A stretch of 64,000 bases of DNA, taken from contig NC_043021.1 in NCBI RefSeq assembly GCF_006345805.1, forward strand, positions 25,606,001 through 25,670,000, in the 5' to 3' direction. This DNA is from Octopus sinensis (lineage: Eukaryota). A model generated the notes under the pieces. It saw nothing but the letters and a program-made list of their open reading frames with translations, made no database searches and was not told where the DNA came from. Each line of letters starts with the position of its first letter. Position 1 is the stretch's first letter. The position numbers and the translations under genes are program-made. Shown one piece after another: positions 12,800-25,686 of this stretch.

Positions 12800-14903
12800 T
12801 ATCATCATTTAACGTCCACTTTCCATGCCGGCATGGGTTGGATGGTTTGAGTGAGGACTAATAAGCCCGAAGGCTGCACCAAGCTCCAATCTGATCTGGC
12901 AAGTTTTCTGCTGGTGGATGCCTTTCCCAATGCCAACCACTCCGAGAGTGTAGTGGGTGCTTTTTACATGCCACTGGTACGAGGGCCAGTCAGGCAGCAC
13001 TGGCATCGGTGCTTTTTACATGCCAGTCATAAAAATGCTTTGAGCATTTGGTACTTGTTTGGGTTATGTTCTTAGTTCAAGGTTGACTTTGCCTTTCATG
13101 CTTTCATTGAACGCTGGGGTCAATCGACTGAATCCTTCTCCAAAAATTGCTGACCCTTGTGCCAAAATTTGAAATCATCATTATTATTATTATCAGATAA
13201 AGGTTTACACTGACTTAGAAGTTTGGCCAGTTTTGGCTAGAACCCTCTGACCATGCTGTAACTGCTCAAACAATCTCTGACCACCCATCTGATCCAGCTA
13301 ATGAGTAGTTATAGTCATCATTATTATTATAGTAGTTATAATAATAATGAAAATTCTACTCTATATGGCAAATATCCAATGAAATAAACAACCACCAACA
13401 GGTCAAGTACCCAACAGAACACAACTCATATTACACACACAATGCACAATGCAAACGCTAATACAAAAAATGACTGCAACCAGCCCCATGACAAAACAAG
13501 CCAATGCAATTAATACTGGAAAGAGTATGCTCTCCCCAACAACAAAAAAGAACAATGCCACACACACCCCAGCAATATGAAGGTGTAGCAGGGGATGCAG
13601 TAGGAATTGGCCTGAAACTACCAAATGTTGAATAATAATAATAATAATAATAATAATCCTTTCTACTATAGACACAAGGCCTGAAATATTGGATGGGGGG
13701 GCAGTCAATTAGGTTGACCCTAGTATGCAACTGGTTCTTAAATATAATAATAATGATAATAATAATAATAGACCAAATCAATTAAGTCTGTTTATTGATT
13801 GTCATAAGCATACCATGTGAGCATAATATCTCAGCAAAAGAATTTGATAAGCTCAGAAAATATAAAGATTTTCTAATCGAAATTGTAAAGATGTAACAAA
13901 AAAAGATGTTGACAATACCAGTGATTGTAGGAGCACTTGGAATGATCAAAAAAAGGAACTGAAAATTATTTAAGAATGATCCCTGGCTTATCATCCATGC
14001 AGGAAGTGCAAAAGATTGTGTTACCTAGCAACTGGTCACACGTATCGAGAAGAGCATCGTCGCTGTGAATTTTCTTTCCTTTTCCCTCCTTTTGTTTTAT
14101 TTGTTAACTTTAAAAAAATTCTTTTTATTCTTTCTTCTTTCTCTGTCTTTCTTCCTCTTTTTCTCTATCACATGACTTTGTAAATGAGCAATCTGGTGTG
14201 TTTATTTGAATGGCCTACCAATGCATACAGTGCATTTCTCTGCCCTAGGTGTCAGGAAGACACTCGGCAAGAAATTGAAACAGAGCTGAAAGAAGCTGAT
14301 AATGAAAATAATAATAATAGTAATAATAATAATTCTTTATACTATTGGCACAAGGTCTGAAATTGTGGGGGAGGGGGCAGTGTATCAATGATTCTACCAG
14401 CTCACCACCTTAAATAGTAATAGTAGTAGTAGTAGTAGCAACAACATTGGTTGTCAAGCGGTGACAGGGGAACAAACAGACACAAATGCACACACACACA
14501 CATACACACACAATGGGCTTTTTTCAGTTTCCATCTACCAAATCCACTCCCAAGGCTTTGGTCAGCCCAAGGCTATCGTAGAAGACACTTGCCCAAGATG
14601 CCACACAGTGGGACTGAACCCGAAACCATGTAGTTGGTTAGCAAGCTTCTTACCACACAGCCACGTCTGCTTAAATACTTAAAATCTACCTTCAGACAAT
14701 ATGACAACCTGAAGTCGAGTTTTGCTGTTGTTCCTCATTTTATTGTTAACACCAAACTATTCTGAGCTCAGACTTACTTTTTACCTTCAGTACAAGTCAA
14801 ACAGGATTTACCAACTGACTTGACATTATCGGTCATTCTTTTTCTCTTTTCTAGGTCACTGTTTATAGGTATGTGGGAGTATATGTATATGCATTATGTA
14901 TTT

Positions 14904-16450
14904 ATAATAATAATAATAATGAAATCATTGTATACAGTGCTCAGGTGCACCACAACTTGTCAAAAGTGCGTATAAAGCATATGCATTAATGTACAAATGT
15001 CTGTAAAGCGAACAATGCATGAGTCAGATAGATGCTTGCGTGTGTATGGAGGGGAGAAAATCAGGTGTAGTGTTGGCGAATCTCAGGAAGCATGGAAGTT
15101 TTGAAGGATGCAGTGCTCCGACAACTAACAACTGATGCCGGCAGTTTGTTCCATGCTTCAGCAACTCTTAGCGTGAAAAAATGTTTCCGAAAGTCATGGG
15201 AGCTGTGCTGTTTTCTGACTTTGTAAACATGTCCACGGGTGTTAGACAGATGGAGTTTGAAAAGGTGCTCAGAGTTATTGTTTGTACGATGGTTAATAAT
15301 TTTATGGGTGTCTGTCAAGTCAGCTGCCAGACGTCGGAGTTTCAATGCATCCATGCCCAGAGAAGTAAGGCGTTCAGAATATGGCAAATGCCTGATGGAG
15401 GGTTGCACATCGCTGAATGGTTTCCAGACGATTAATATCCTGGGCAAGATAGGGGTTCCAGACCGGTGATGCAAATTCCAGGTGAGGCTGAACCAAAGCT
15501 ATAAAAAGCCTCAGATAGATAGCCGGAGAGCAGCTCACAAAGGACTTGGTGAGTGATGCCAAGACACCCTCAGCCTTCTTGGCAATTTTAGCGATGTGTT
15601 TTTTCCAACACAAATCGCTGTCGACAATAACACCCAGGTCACATTCACACGAAGACTTTTTGAGATTAGTGTTGTGGATGGAGTAAGTAAACGCTAGGTT
15701 TTTCCTCCCAAAATGCATGGTGGTACATTTGTCCACAGCCAGCTTGAGTTGCCAGTCCATGATCCACTGCTGCATTGTGTCCAGGTCTGCTTGCAATAGA
15801 GATCTATAGTGTACAGGATCTGTCCTCTTTATTTCGAGGTACAGCTTGATGTCATCTGCATATTTCAGCACTGTGGCATTATCTAAGTTGGCATCTATGT
15901 CATTTTCACATGCAACAAATAAAAGGGGTCCAAGAACAGATCCCTATGGCACACCAGATGTCATCTCATAGGGTGAAGTGTGCTGTCCTAGAACTGTGAC
16001 AACCTCTTTTCGGCCGATAATGAAGGACTTCAACCTGTTACAGAGGTCATCTCTTACACCTATTGCAGAGTTTCACCATAAACCTTTTGTGTGGCACAGA
16101 ATTAAAAGCCTTAGCAAAGTCCAGGTAAACAACATCCACCCAGGAGCCACCATCAGTGATTCGGGTAATGTCCTCAAGAAACTCGATGAGTTGATTACAG
16201 CAGCTGGAGTTAGGAATAAATCCAAATTGTGACAGCTGGATGAGGCTGTGAGACTTCCAGAAGTTCCAGAGGGTTTCCCTGACACAGGATTCCATCAGTT
16301 TGGCAATGCAGCTAGTAAGACTGATGGGGTAATAGTTGACAGGCGATGTGCGGTCACCTTTTTTGAAGAGAGGGATAACACTTGCAGTTTTCCACTGCTC
16401 TGGAGTAACACCATTGTCAAGACAGAATTGAAAGAATAGTGAAAGTTGGT
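14904..16450 (-). mobile_element. CR1-clade LINE, 3' 1.5 kb (RT and C-terminus), degenerate
   Basis: QWKTASVIPLFKKG, YYPISLTS, YLDFAKAFNSVPH, GSVLGPLLF, KYADD, HLEFASPVWNPY, YSERL..L, FFTLRVAEAWNKLP; (ATT)n tail. Confidence 0.93.
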
Positions 16451-16515
16451 TTTGAAGAAAGTACCCACCACAGCATGTATGTGTATGTATGTCTGTATAG
16501 ATGTATGCATGTCTG

Positions 16516-16546
<31 letters not shown>

Positions 16547-16631
16547 CTTTATTTAAAAGCAGCAGAAATATCACAAAAACTGTTACTCAGAGTTTCACAT
16601 TCCCGTTTGTTGGACAGTTTTTCTAACAAAA

Positions 16632-16669
16632 CTGTCTGACGAACAGGAACGTGAAACTCTGAGTAACAG
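16632..16669 (+). ncRNA. Minimal type-I hammerhead ribozyme motif (family B), right arm of fold-back 16547-16702
   Basis: Helix I CTGT/ACAG, core CTGACGA, helix II AC..GT, GAAA, helix III ACTC-T-GAGT, GUA cleavage triplet. Confidence 0.7.
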
Positions 16670-16771
16670 CTTTTGTTATATTTCTGCTGCTTTTAAATAA
16701 AGCATATCGCTCTACCTCTGGTATTTGAGTACTCTTTTTTCCACCTTGTTTCACACTTATGTGCCTACTCT

Positions 16772-16806
<35 letters not shown>

Positions 16807-17058
16807 TTTCCTACTTACAAAAATCTGCGTTCTGTTGTGTCATTCTCTTTTAGTGCCTTATAATTTAACACACACACCGGTAAGATTTCCACTCATTTTC
16901 TTATTTATTTTTTTCTAAAATTTTCGTTGTGTCTTGCAACCTTTTTAATAGTTATTGACTCTGTCCATTATTCAAGCTGCGTTCTTTTTGTTTGTGCGCA
17001 TGTGTGTAGGCCAGTGTGTGCGCGCATACACATGTATGTATGTATGTATGTATGTATG

Positions 17059-17092
<34 letters not shown>

Positions 17093-17119
17093 TGTATGTA
17101 TGCATGCATGCATGTACGT

Positions 17120-17680
17120 GTGTCAGGTCACTTTCGAGTGCTACTGGTAACATGTAACCCAGTACAACCTGTTGCATGGTCGGGTCGTCGGCGAATAAAC
17201 CGGCAACCCCACCAAGCTTGCTTGGTGAGGAGGGTGTTTATTGGACACCCTGTGGGATGAAAAACAAAACCCGTCAAAGGGCGGAGGAACTCTTGAGAGT
17301 GAACGGCCATCCAATAAATGTCTTAAGGCTGTATCATGCGCAGGACATAGAAATAATCGGACTGAATACCCGATCGCGCGGTTAAACCATTGGGAGTGAA
17401 GGACTCCTAGCCTTTGTTAGGGCATCCTTCTAGGAGAAGGTAACTCAGGTAACTGGGATAACTCCGACATAAAACCTGCAGCTCAGTGGTTACCGATGAT
17501 GTTGACTTGTTCTTCTTTTCGGATTATGGCTGCTGTTGCTTAGTGAGTGGGATTGACTCAGTGCACAGCCTTTCCTCACTTCAAAAAAAATCTTCTTGCA
17601 CAGGCATTGCACGATAACGACAATGATTAAGCTTCGTGCAATGGCCATACTCGATGACGAGGTGGCAGCCACCATGTAAG
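17120..17680 (+). repeat. GC-richer interspersed repeat resembling an RTE 5'-UTR-derived element
   Basis: Contains CATCCTTCTAGGAGAAGGTAACTC...AAAACCTGC, reminiscent of RTE 5' UTRs; no ORF. Confidence 0.35.
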
Positions 17681-18097
17681 TGTGTGTATGCATGTATCTA
17701 TGTGTGTGTGCATATGTATATATAAGTGTGTACGTTTGTGTGTATGTATTCTGCATATTCATGTGATTGTGTGCTTGTGAGTTTTTTTGTGTATGTGTGT
17801 GTGGGTTTGCATGTGCGTGTGTGTGTGTGTACCTCTGTCTCCTTGTGTGTTTATGTCTGAGTGTGTCTTTGTGTGTGTGTGTGTGGAGGGGGTTTGTGAC
17901 TATGTATTGTCTATATGTATGGATGTGTATCTCTGGATGTGTAGACATGTGTCTCCATATGTGTCCTTGTGTGAAGTGTGTGTATATGGTCAGCCTTAAT
18001 TTGTGTATGTGTGCTTGTCTGTTCATATAACCCAAGTATCTATCCATCTGTATGTCTATCTGTTTACTTTCATATCCATATGCCTACATACATGCAT

Positions 18098-18128
<31 letters not shown>

Positions 18129-18256
18129 CACACACACACACATCTATCTGTGTAACAGCCCCCTAACCATTCTACCTGTATAAAATATAAACTGTGGGTA
18201 TGAGGATGTGATATTCTACTAAGTATATTTCCTATTTAGTATTGGGGAAGTTTCAT

Positions 18257-18895
18257 TTACGAGGACATACTCCTGTATTTGTCTGAGTGTTGGGACTTTG
18301 GGTGCTTGGATAAAATGCGGATGTGAAGTTGACCCAGGTTGCCTCCATGTTGGTCCCTGGCATGCTGGTAGAGTATGGAGGATTGTTTTTTGTCACAATA
18401 TTGTCTCAGATGTTCATTTAGTCTTTCCACAATACTCCTAGATGTCTCCCCTATGTATGTCATGTTCATGTCTTTACAAGCACCTTCTATGCATCTTATG
18501 CTGTAGACTACATTTCCAAGTCTACAGTTAATGCCAGGGTTAATCCTACATACCATGCAGTTATCATTGGTGCATATGGTATTCTCAATGGGGTACGTCC
18601 TACATAGTTGTGATCTGATGGAGTTCCCTGGCTTTTCAACAATCTTAATATCGAATTTGGTCTCCTTCAGAGCTTTCCGAAATCTACGGGCTAGTTCTCC
18701 ATGGGCTGTGGCCTCTACAAACATCATTCCTTGATATTTGTCGGTTTTATACCATGTGTTCACCCTGTTTACTTTGTCACAAGTTTTTTGTATTCTATTC
18801 CAGTCTTTGCTTCTATAACTAGGGCAGGTACCACTGGTGTCGTTGCATATAATGTTATTAGATAGCAAGGACAGGAAGAGTTTTATTGTCGCCAC
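18257..18895 (-). mobile_element. Penelope-like element (PLE) 3' fragment: linker + GIY-YIG endonuclease
   Basis: C-x3-C-x2-C, then NVVYSIRC...YIGETSRSIVERLNEH...SILYQH; no RT in the window. Confidence 0.85.
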
Positions 18896-20214
18896 GTAGA
18901 CACATGGTTTCCCTACATTATATAAGGAGGGGTAGGGGCAACAGAAGTTGTTGTAATTGGAAAGATAAATAAAAATGGTGGTGACAAAGTATTAAAGGAA
19001 ACCTTCAACAGACAAGGAGATGACTAGAAGAGAATTTAGAGACAGAAGTTGTTGATCGTTGTGTTTGACCCTTTAGCATTCAGATTGCTTCATCAAATGT
19101 AATGCTTATTTATTCACATTGTTTTCAACTAAAACCATGCATCATCTTATAGCTTTGAGATTTTGATGATGTGATCAGTAGTAATTAGAATCACATTGTA
19201 AGGTAGGTGAGAGAACTTGGATCTGGCCAGTTTGGACATAAAACACGTAGAATATTTTGGCTGGATATGGCCAGTTTAAATGTTAAAAGGTCAACACAAA
19301 GGGTAGGGTCTACATCATTATCATCATCATCATGATCGTTTAACATCCATTTTCCATGCTGGTATGGGTTAGATGGTTCGACTGGGGTCTGGGAAGCCAG
19401 GAGCCTGCGCCAGGCTCCAATCTGATCTGGCAATGCTTCTACAGCTGGATGCCCTTCCTAATGCCAACCACTCCGAGGGTCTACCTATGTTGCAATTATT
19501 ATCCTATCAATAAGATCAACCAAGTAAGCAATGTTCAGAGCCATCCTAAGTAGACCAGAGTCTCAACCAGAAAATATTATTAAAGCTGAGGAATGACAAG
19601 ATTCTATAAAATTAGTGGCACAACTGAGATCTTTATTCTCTGCATTCTTCCTGAGGACACCAAAGATTTCACCAAAGATAACAATATCAAGTTTTTTTTA
19701 TAGACTTTAACAATTTTCTTATCATATTTCTCTTGAAATATGCTGCCACAATTTCAATTAATCATGAAAATAATGAAGAATTAAGTAAAATCATTTTGTC
19801 ATTATTAATCTGTTTCTTGGAACATAAATTAACCTGAAATTTTGATGAGAGGTTTTAATTAAGATCATTTTAACTCTTTTGTGATCACATTTTTATTGGA
19901 ATACAGTAATCCTGTTTCAATTAATTTAGAAGATAACGAAGAACTTAGTCAATCAATTTTGTCTTCATTAATCTGGTGTTTGCAACATAAATTAACTTGG
20001 AATTTTGATGGGAGGTTTTAATTTAGACGACTTAAAAACAAGAAGTTTGTCTCAGGGAACCAGGAGCATTCTAAGGATGTTTGGCATCAAAAGGGTTATG
20101 ATGGCATTTGGTGGAGTCTGGCATGATGGCTTTATCAGCCATAATGAAGAAATTCACCATGGGACAGAAGTGGACACATGCAGACTGGCATCCTCTGTGT
20201 GTGTGTGTGTGTGT

Positions 20215-20251
<37 letters not shown>

Positions 20252-20392
20252 CGATGATCTTGTGATCCTCATTATTTGAATAAATAATGAAATAATGAAA
20301 TTTAAAATGGCCTCATTGAGCTCAGTTAAAATTAAATTCTCAACAAAAGAATAGATTGAATGAATAAAAATGAAACAATGTTGTACAAATAT

Positions 20393-20435
<43 letters not shown>

Positions 20436-20458
20436 TACATACATACATATATACATAT

Positions 20459-20506
<48 letters not shown>

Positions 20507-20586
20507 AATACATATATATATGCATGTGTGTGCATGTGTATCTAACTATCTATCTGTCTGTCTGTCTATCCATATCTATCTATTTA

Positions 20587-20617
<31 letters not shown>

Positions 20618-20872
20618 ATCTATTTATCTATCTGTCTGTCTGTCTGTCTGTATCTATGTATGTATGTATGAATGTATGAGTAAAACTGTTCATTATAGAA
20701 ATCTATTTAACTGTCTGTAAATCACATAAAAGGATTCCAAAACAAATTCCCTTTTGTATTCAAAACAAAAAGGGTTTGTCAGTTGTTGAGTAAGCAAATG
20801 TAACTTGATATGAAATTTAATTACATTTGTTGGTCGTTACTAAATCAGACGCATGTGCATGCGTGCCTGCGC

Positions 20873-21001
20873 ATACACACACACACACCACACATGCACA
20901 CACACACACACCACACATGCACACACACACACACCACACATGCACACACACACACACCACACATGCACACACACACACACCACACATGCACACACACACA
21001 C
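20873..21001. repeat. 19-bp minisatellite built from (CA)n (CACACACACACCACACATG)
   Basis: About 6-7 units. Confidence 0.8.
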
Positions 21002-22819
21002 ATTTCTGCAAATATTCATGGAATATTTTTATTTCTTTTATTTCTTTATTGCCCACGGGGGGGGGGGGACTAAACACAGAGGGGACAAACAAGGACAGAC
21101 AAAGGGACCAAGCCGATTACATCGACCCCAGTGTGTAACTGGTACTTATTTAATCGACCCTGAATGGGATAAAAGGTGGAATATTACAAATTACACATGC
21201 ACACTCATACACTTGCACTTGTGTGTGTGTGTTTGTGAGTGTGTGAGTGTGTGTATGAGTGTGTGTGTGTGTGAGTGAGTGTGTGTGTGTGTGTGTGTGT
21301 GTTTGTGTGTGTGAGTGTGTGTAACGAGTGTTTTTGTTTTTGTTTATATGTGTGTGTCTGTGACACACCTGCCATCAAATGTTGGGTCGGGTTTCACAGA
21401 GAGAGAGATATCATCCTGAACAACAGATTTTAGAGATAACACACACATTGATAGTGGGCGCCACAACTGGAAGGGAGCAGTCACAGTTTTGACCGGGATT
21501 TTCTTATTTTTGTACATCAGCACAAAGGTTATCAGATGTTCCGACATAAAAAAGAAATTGACCCCAGGACTTATTATTTAAAGCCTTGTACTTATTATAT
21601 CAATCTCTTTTGCTAAGTTACAGGGACATAAACACACTAACACTGGTTGTCATGTTGTGGTGGAAGACAAACACAGACACACATAGATACATACATACAT
21701 ACATACATACATACATACATACATACATACATACATACATACGCACATACATACACACATATATACACACAGACATACCTAGATATAGACATACAATTGA
21801 TTTGTTTGACTGAAACCCTTCTGAGCAGTGCCCCAGCATGGCTGCAGTCCAATGATTGAAACAAGTAAGAGCTAAAAGCTTCATAGATATGATGATAGAT
21901 ATACAGGGCAGCCAAAAAGTAGGTCTACAGTTATCACGAAGGCATTTAGAATTTCTTTTAAAACATTTTATTGCATTTATATTTCTATCTTCATCATCAT
22001 CATCATCATCATCATTTAGCGTCCGCTTTCCATGCTAGCATGGGTTGGACAGTTCAACTGGGGTCTGGGAAGCCAGAAGGCTGCATCAGGCCCAGTCTGA
22101 TCTGGCAGTGTTTCTATGGCTGGATGCCCTTCCTAACGCCAACCACTCCATGAGTGTAGTGGGTGCTTTTTACGTGCCACCCACACAGGTGCCAGACAGA
22201 GCTGGCAAACGGCCACGGACGGATGGTGCTTTTACGTGCCACCGGCACGGGGGCCAGGCGAGGCTGGCAACGGCCATGAACGGATGGTGCTACGTGCCAC
22301 CGGCACAGGGGCCAGGCGAGAACTTGACAAAATTAGCTAAATTAGGAAAGAATAATGGTTTGATATTTTTTTATAATTAAGATCTAAACTGTTAATATAT
22401 GAGTGAGAAAGAGATAATTGAATGACTGTAAACCTGCTTTTGGGCCCAGCCTTTATAAGCAAAGTTAGCATTATGAAGATGCATGAGGAAGTAAAGAACA
22501 AAAGACGAACGCGAGAAACTGATTAACGAGAAGCCTGTGACATGTTAGGGGAGAGAGAGAGAGAGAAAGAGAGTTTGAGAGTTTGTAAATATTAGACATA
22601 GTTTTGTTGATTGAAATAAAAAGCTATTTCAAAATCTAATAAAAGCCAATCCAACAATGAACATCTGTTTTTAGTGGGTGGTGGGAGGGGGATGAGACTG
22701 GAGAAATTTGTTAATTTATAAATGTAATATTATTGTGATAGAATATTGTGTTAATTAAAGATGGACTCTTCCACATTGTTTGAGATATCATTGATTGGCT
22801 TCCGTTAATTGGCTATCAC

Positions 22820-22867
<48 letters not shown>

Positions 22868-24031
22868 TTCTTAATGTCCACTTTTCCATTGCTCGGATGG
22901 GTTGGGCAGAATTTATTGAAGCATATTTTCTATGGTGGGATGCCCTTCCTGTCACCAACCCTTACCAATTTCCAAGCAAAGGTAACACTTCCACCATGGT
23001 TAGATACGTTCTCACAATATATTGGAAATGACTGACCCTGCTTGTGTGACAGTGGCACTCATTTACAACTATCTCACTATATTGAAATGGATAACACTCA
23101 CACACACACACACACAATTTGTTTTGGGGTTTGAAAATGATCCTGGATCTCCAAATATGTGGTCATTTGTAGATTTTGTAATAGATTTATTCAAATCCCA
23201 AACCAGTTTCAACAATTTTTTTTTGTTATCAGTGGTAAAAAATAAATAAATAAGGGATTTTGGAGGGTTTAAATGATGAAATATTCAAATGTTCATAAAA
23301 ATTTCAATGAGTTTCATAGAGAAAGACACGTGTACATATATGGGTTTAGATAATGTTTATATTTGCGGTTTCCCTCCTCAAGACATACATATTGGAGAAA
23401 ATAGAGCTGGTCATTGAACCCTAAATATTTGTGGCCCATTGTCCTACTTGACCTCAAATGCGAAACTCTCTATTCTAAACATTGTACCGTTGATCACATC
23501 AACACCACCAATGACAGCCATCATTGTTATTGGCATCATCATCATCATCCTCGATACCAGCACCATCACTACCACCATCACTACCACCATCACTACCATC
23601 AACCTGATCATCATCTTCCCTGTTTTATTCTGATATTTCAACAAGTGGTTCACAAACCCAGCCTTGATATATATTCAGACCAATGTCTGACAGGAACCAT
23701 AATAAAACAGATCACCAGTGTTGTGTTCCTCTCTGGTTGTTGTTGTTGTTGTTATAGTTTCCATCAGAGGCTAACAGCTGCGGAATTACCATTCAGCTGC
23801 TGCCTTTTTGTTTCTTCTCCTTCTTCTTCTTTGAGCAACACAAAGAATTGGCTTAGAAGTTTATTGATTCACTGGGCCATCTACACCTGGCATCGGGCTT
23901 CTTTTAATAATTCCACCATACAATTCCCTTTTGAATGACTATTGCATATGTATGTGTATGCGTGTGTGTGTGTGTGTATGTGTGTGTGTGTGCATGTTTG
24001 CGTGTGTGCATACATATATATATATATACAC

Positions 24032-24064
<33 letters not shown>

Positions 24065-24237
24065 TGTATGTATGTATGTATGTATGTATGTATGTGTGTA
24101 TGTATGTATGTATGTATGTATGTACGTATGTATGTATGTGTGTATATGTATATGTATGTATATATATGTGTGTGTGTGTGTATGTGTATATGTAGGTATG
24201 TTTGTATGTATATATAAGTGGGGGTATGTGTGTATAA

Positions 24238-24291
<54 letters not shown>

Positions 24292-24297
24292 TACATG

Positions 24298-24336
<39 letters not shown>

Positions 24337-24553
24337 GCATACATATATATATATATATATACATGCATACATATATATAATATATATATATATATAATTA
24401 TGTGAAATAGAAAGATGAATAATCTTGTAGTGGATTAATCAAAAGTTTAACCGATACCTTAGTAGCAAAAATCACAGCAGTGAACTACACGTGTAGAATG
24501 AAATAAAACGATTTCTGTTCAATCTGCGTTCAGCTCCATTTCTTCAATTCACC

Positions 24554-24593
<40 letters not shown>

Positions 24594-24594
24594 G

Positions 24595-24675
<81 letters not shown>

Positions 24676-25655
24676 CATGCATACATATCGGTGTATATGT
24701 AGCTATGTTTGTGTGGGGGTACGTGTATATATATCTATATCTATATTTATATTTACATCTATATCTATACATACACACACACACAAACGTGCACATACAC
24801 ATATACACACATACACACACACACATACTTATTTATGCTTAAATCTACATATTTGTGTACATTTGTGTATCTAAAAGAACAGATTTTCTTTCAAACCTAA
24901 TTTAGAATTAGAAACTCTATTGTGTTTCACTGTAATCTTTTCTCTCTCATCAATAATTTTCCACATTTCCTTGTTATTCATTTACATTCCTAACTCAATG
25001 TTTTTAGATCTGCCTTTCACAGTCTCATCTTCAGAATGGAGTGGTGGTTGTGGTGTTATTATTTCTACACTTTTCTAATAGGCAGCAAGAGATCATGGAA
25101 ATGATGCCATCACTGACAGGAATTATCATCTGCCAAACATTAAAGGCATTCCACTGATAATTCCAGGTCACTTCCAGGCTTTATTCCTTAAGTATCATAT
25201 TTCTGTGTCCATTATTGGTTTTAATCTTGCTTACTTATAGCTAATGTTTTAAGGGGATTTTTGTGAAATTCTATAAAGGATAGTAGCAGACTAACTTTTA
25301 AGGACCACACAAGAGCAAATTCATTCTCCCTGCCTTGCTCCTCACAAATTTAAGAAACACAGCATCCAGTATGAACTCACAAACCACACATAAATTTGTA
25401 CATATTAGGGAATCAAATGCACCCTTTTTAGAATGGATCACTTGTCATTATCATCACCACCACCACCACCACCACCACCCCACCACCACCACCACCACCA
25501 CCACCACCACCACAGCAGCAGCACCACCAGCACCACCACCATCGTTGTCGTCATCGTCATTCTCCTCCTCCTCCTCCTCATCATCATCATCAATTCCTTA
25601 TTGTCATCGTAATCGTTGTCATCATTAACCCCACAATCTATCTATCTATCTATCT

Positions 25656-25686
<31 letters not shown>

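Noticed and set aside
14249-14310. Exon-like CQEDTRQEIETELKEAD after an acceptor-like CCCTAG
   Set aside because: No donor; runs into the (AAT)n tail of a SINE; no recognisable homology
14790-14868. Possible exon or 14-nt micro-exon ending AG|GTATGT
   Set aside because: Phase 1 end does not fit the phase 0 NCLX acceptor; no protein similarity; could be a UTR exon but unsupported
25037-25105. MEWWLWCYYFYTFLIGS signal-like ORF
   Set aside because: In-frame stop before any donor
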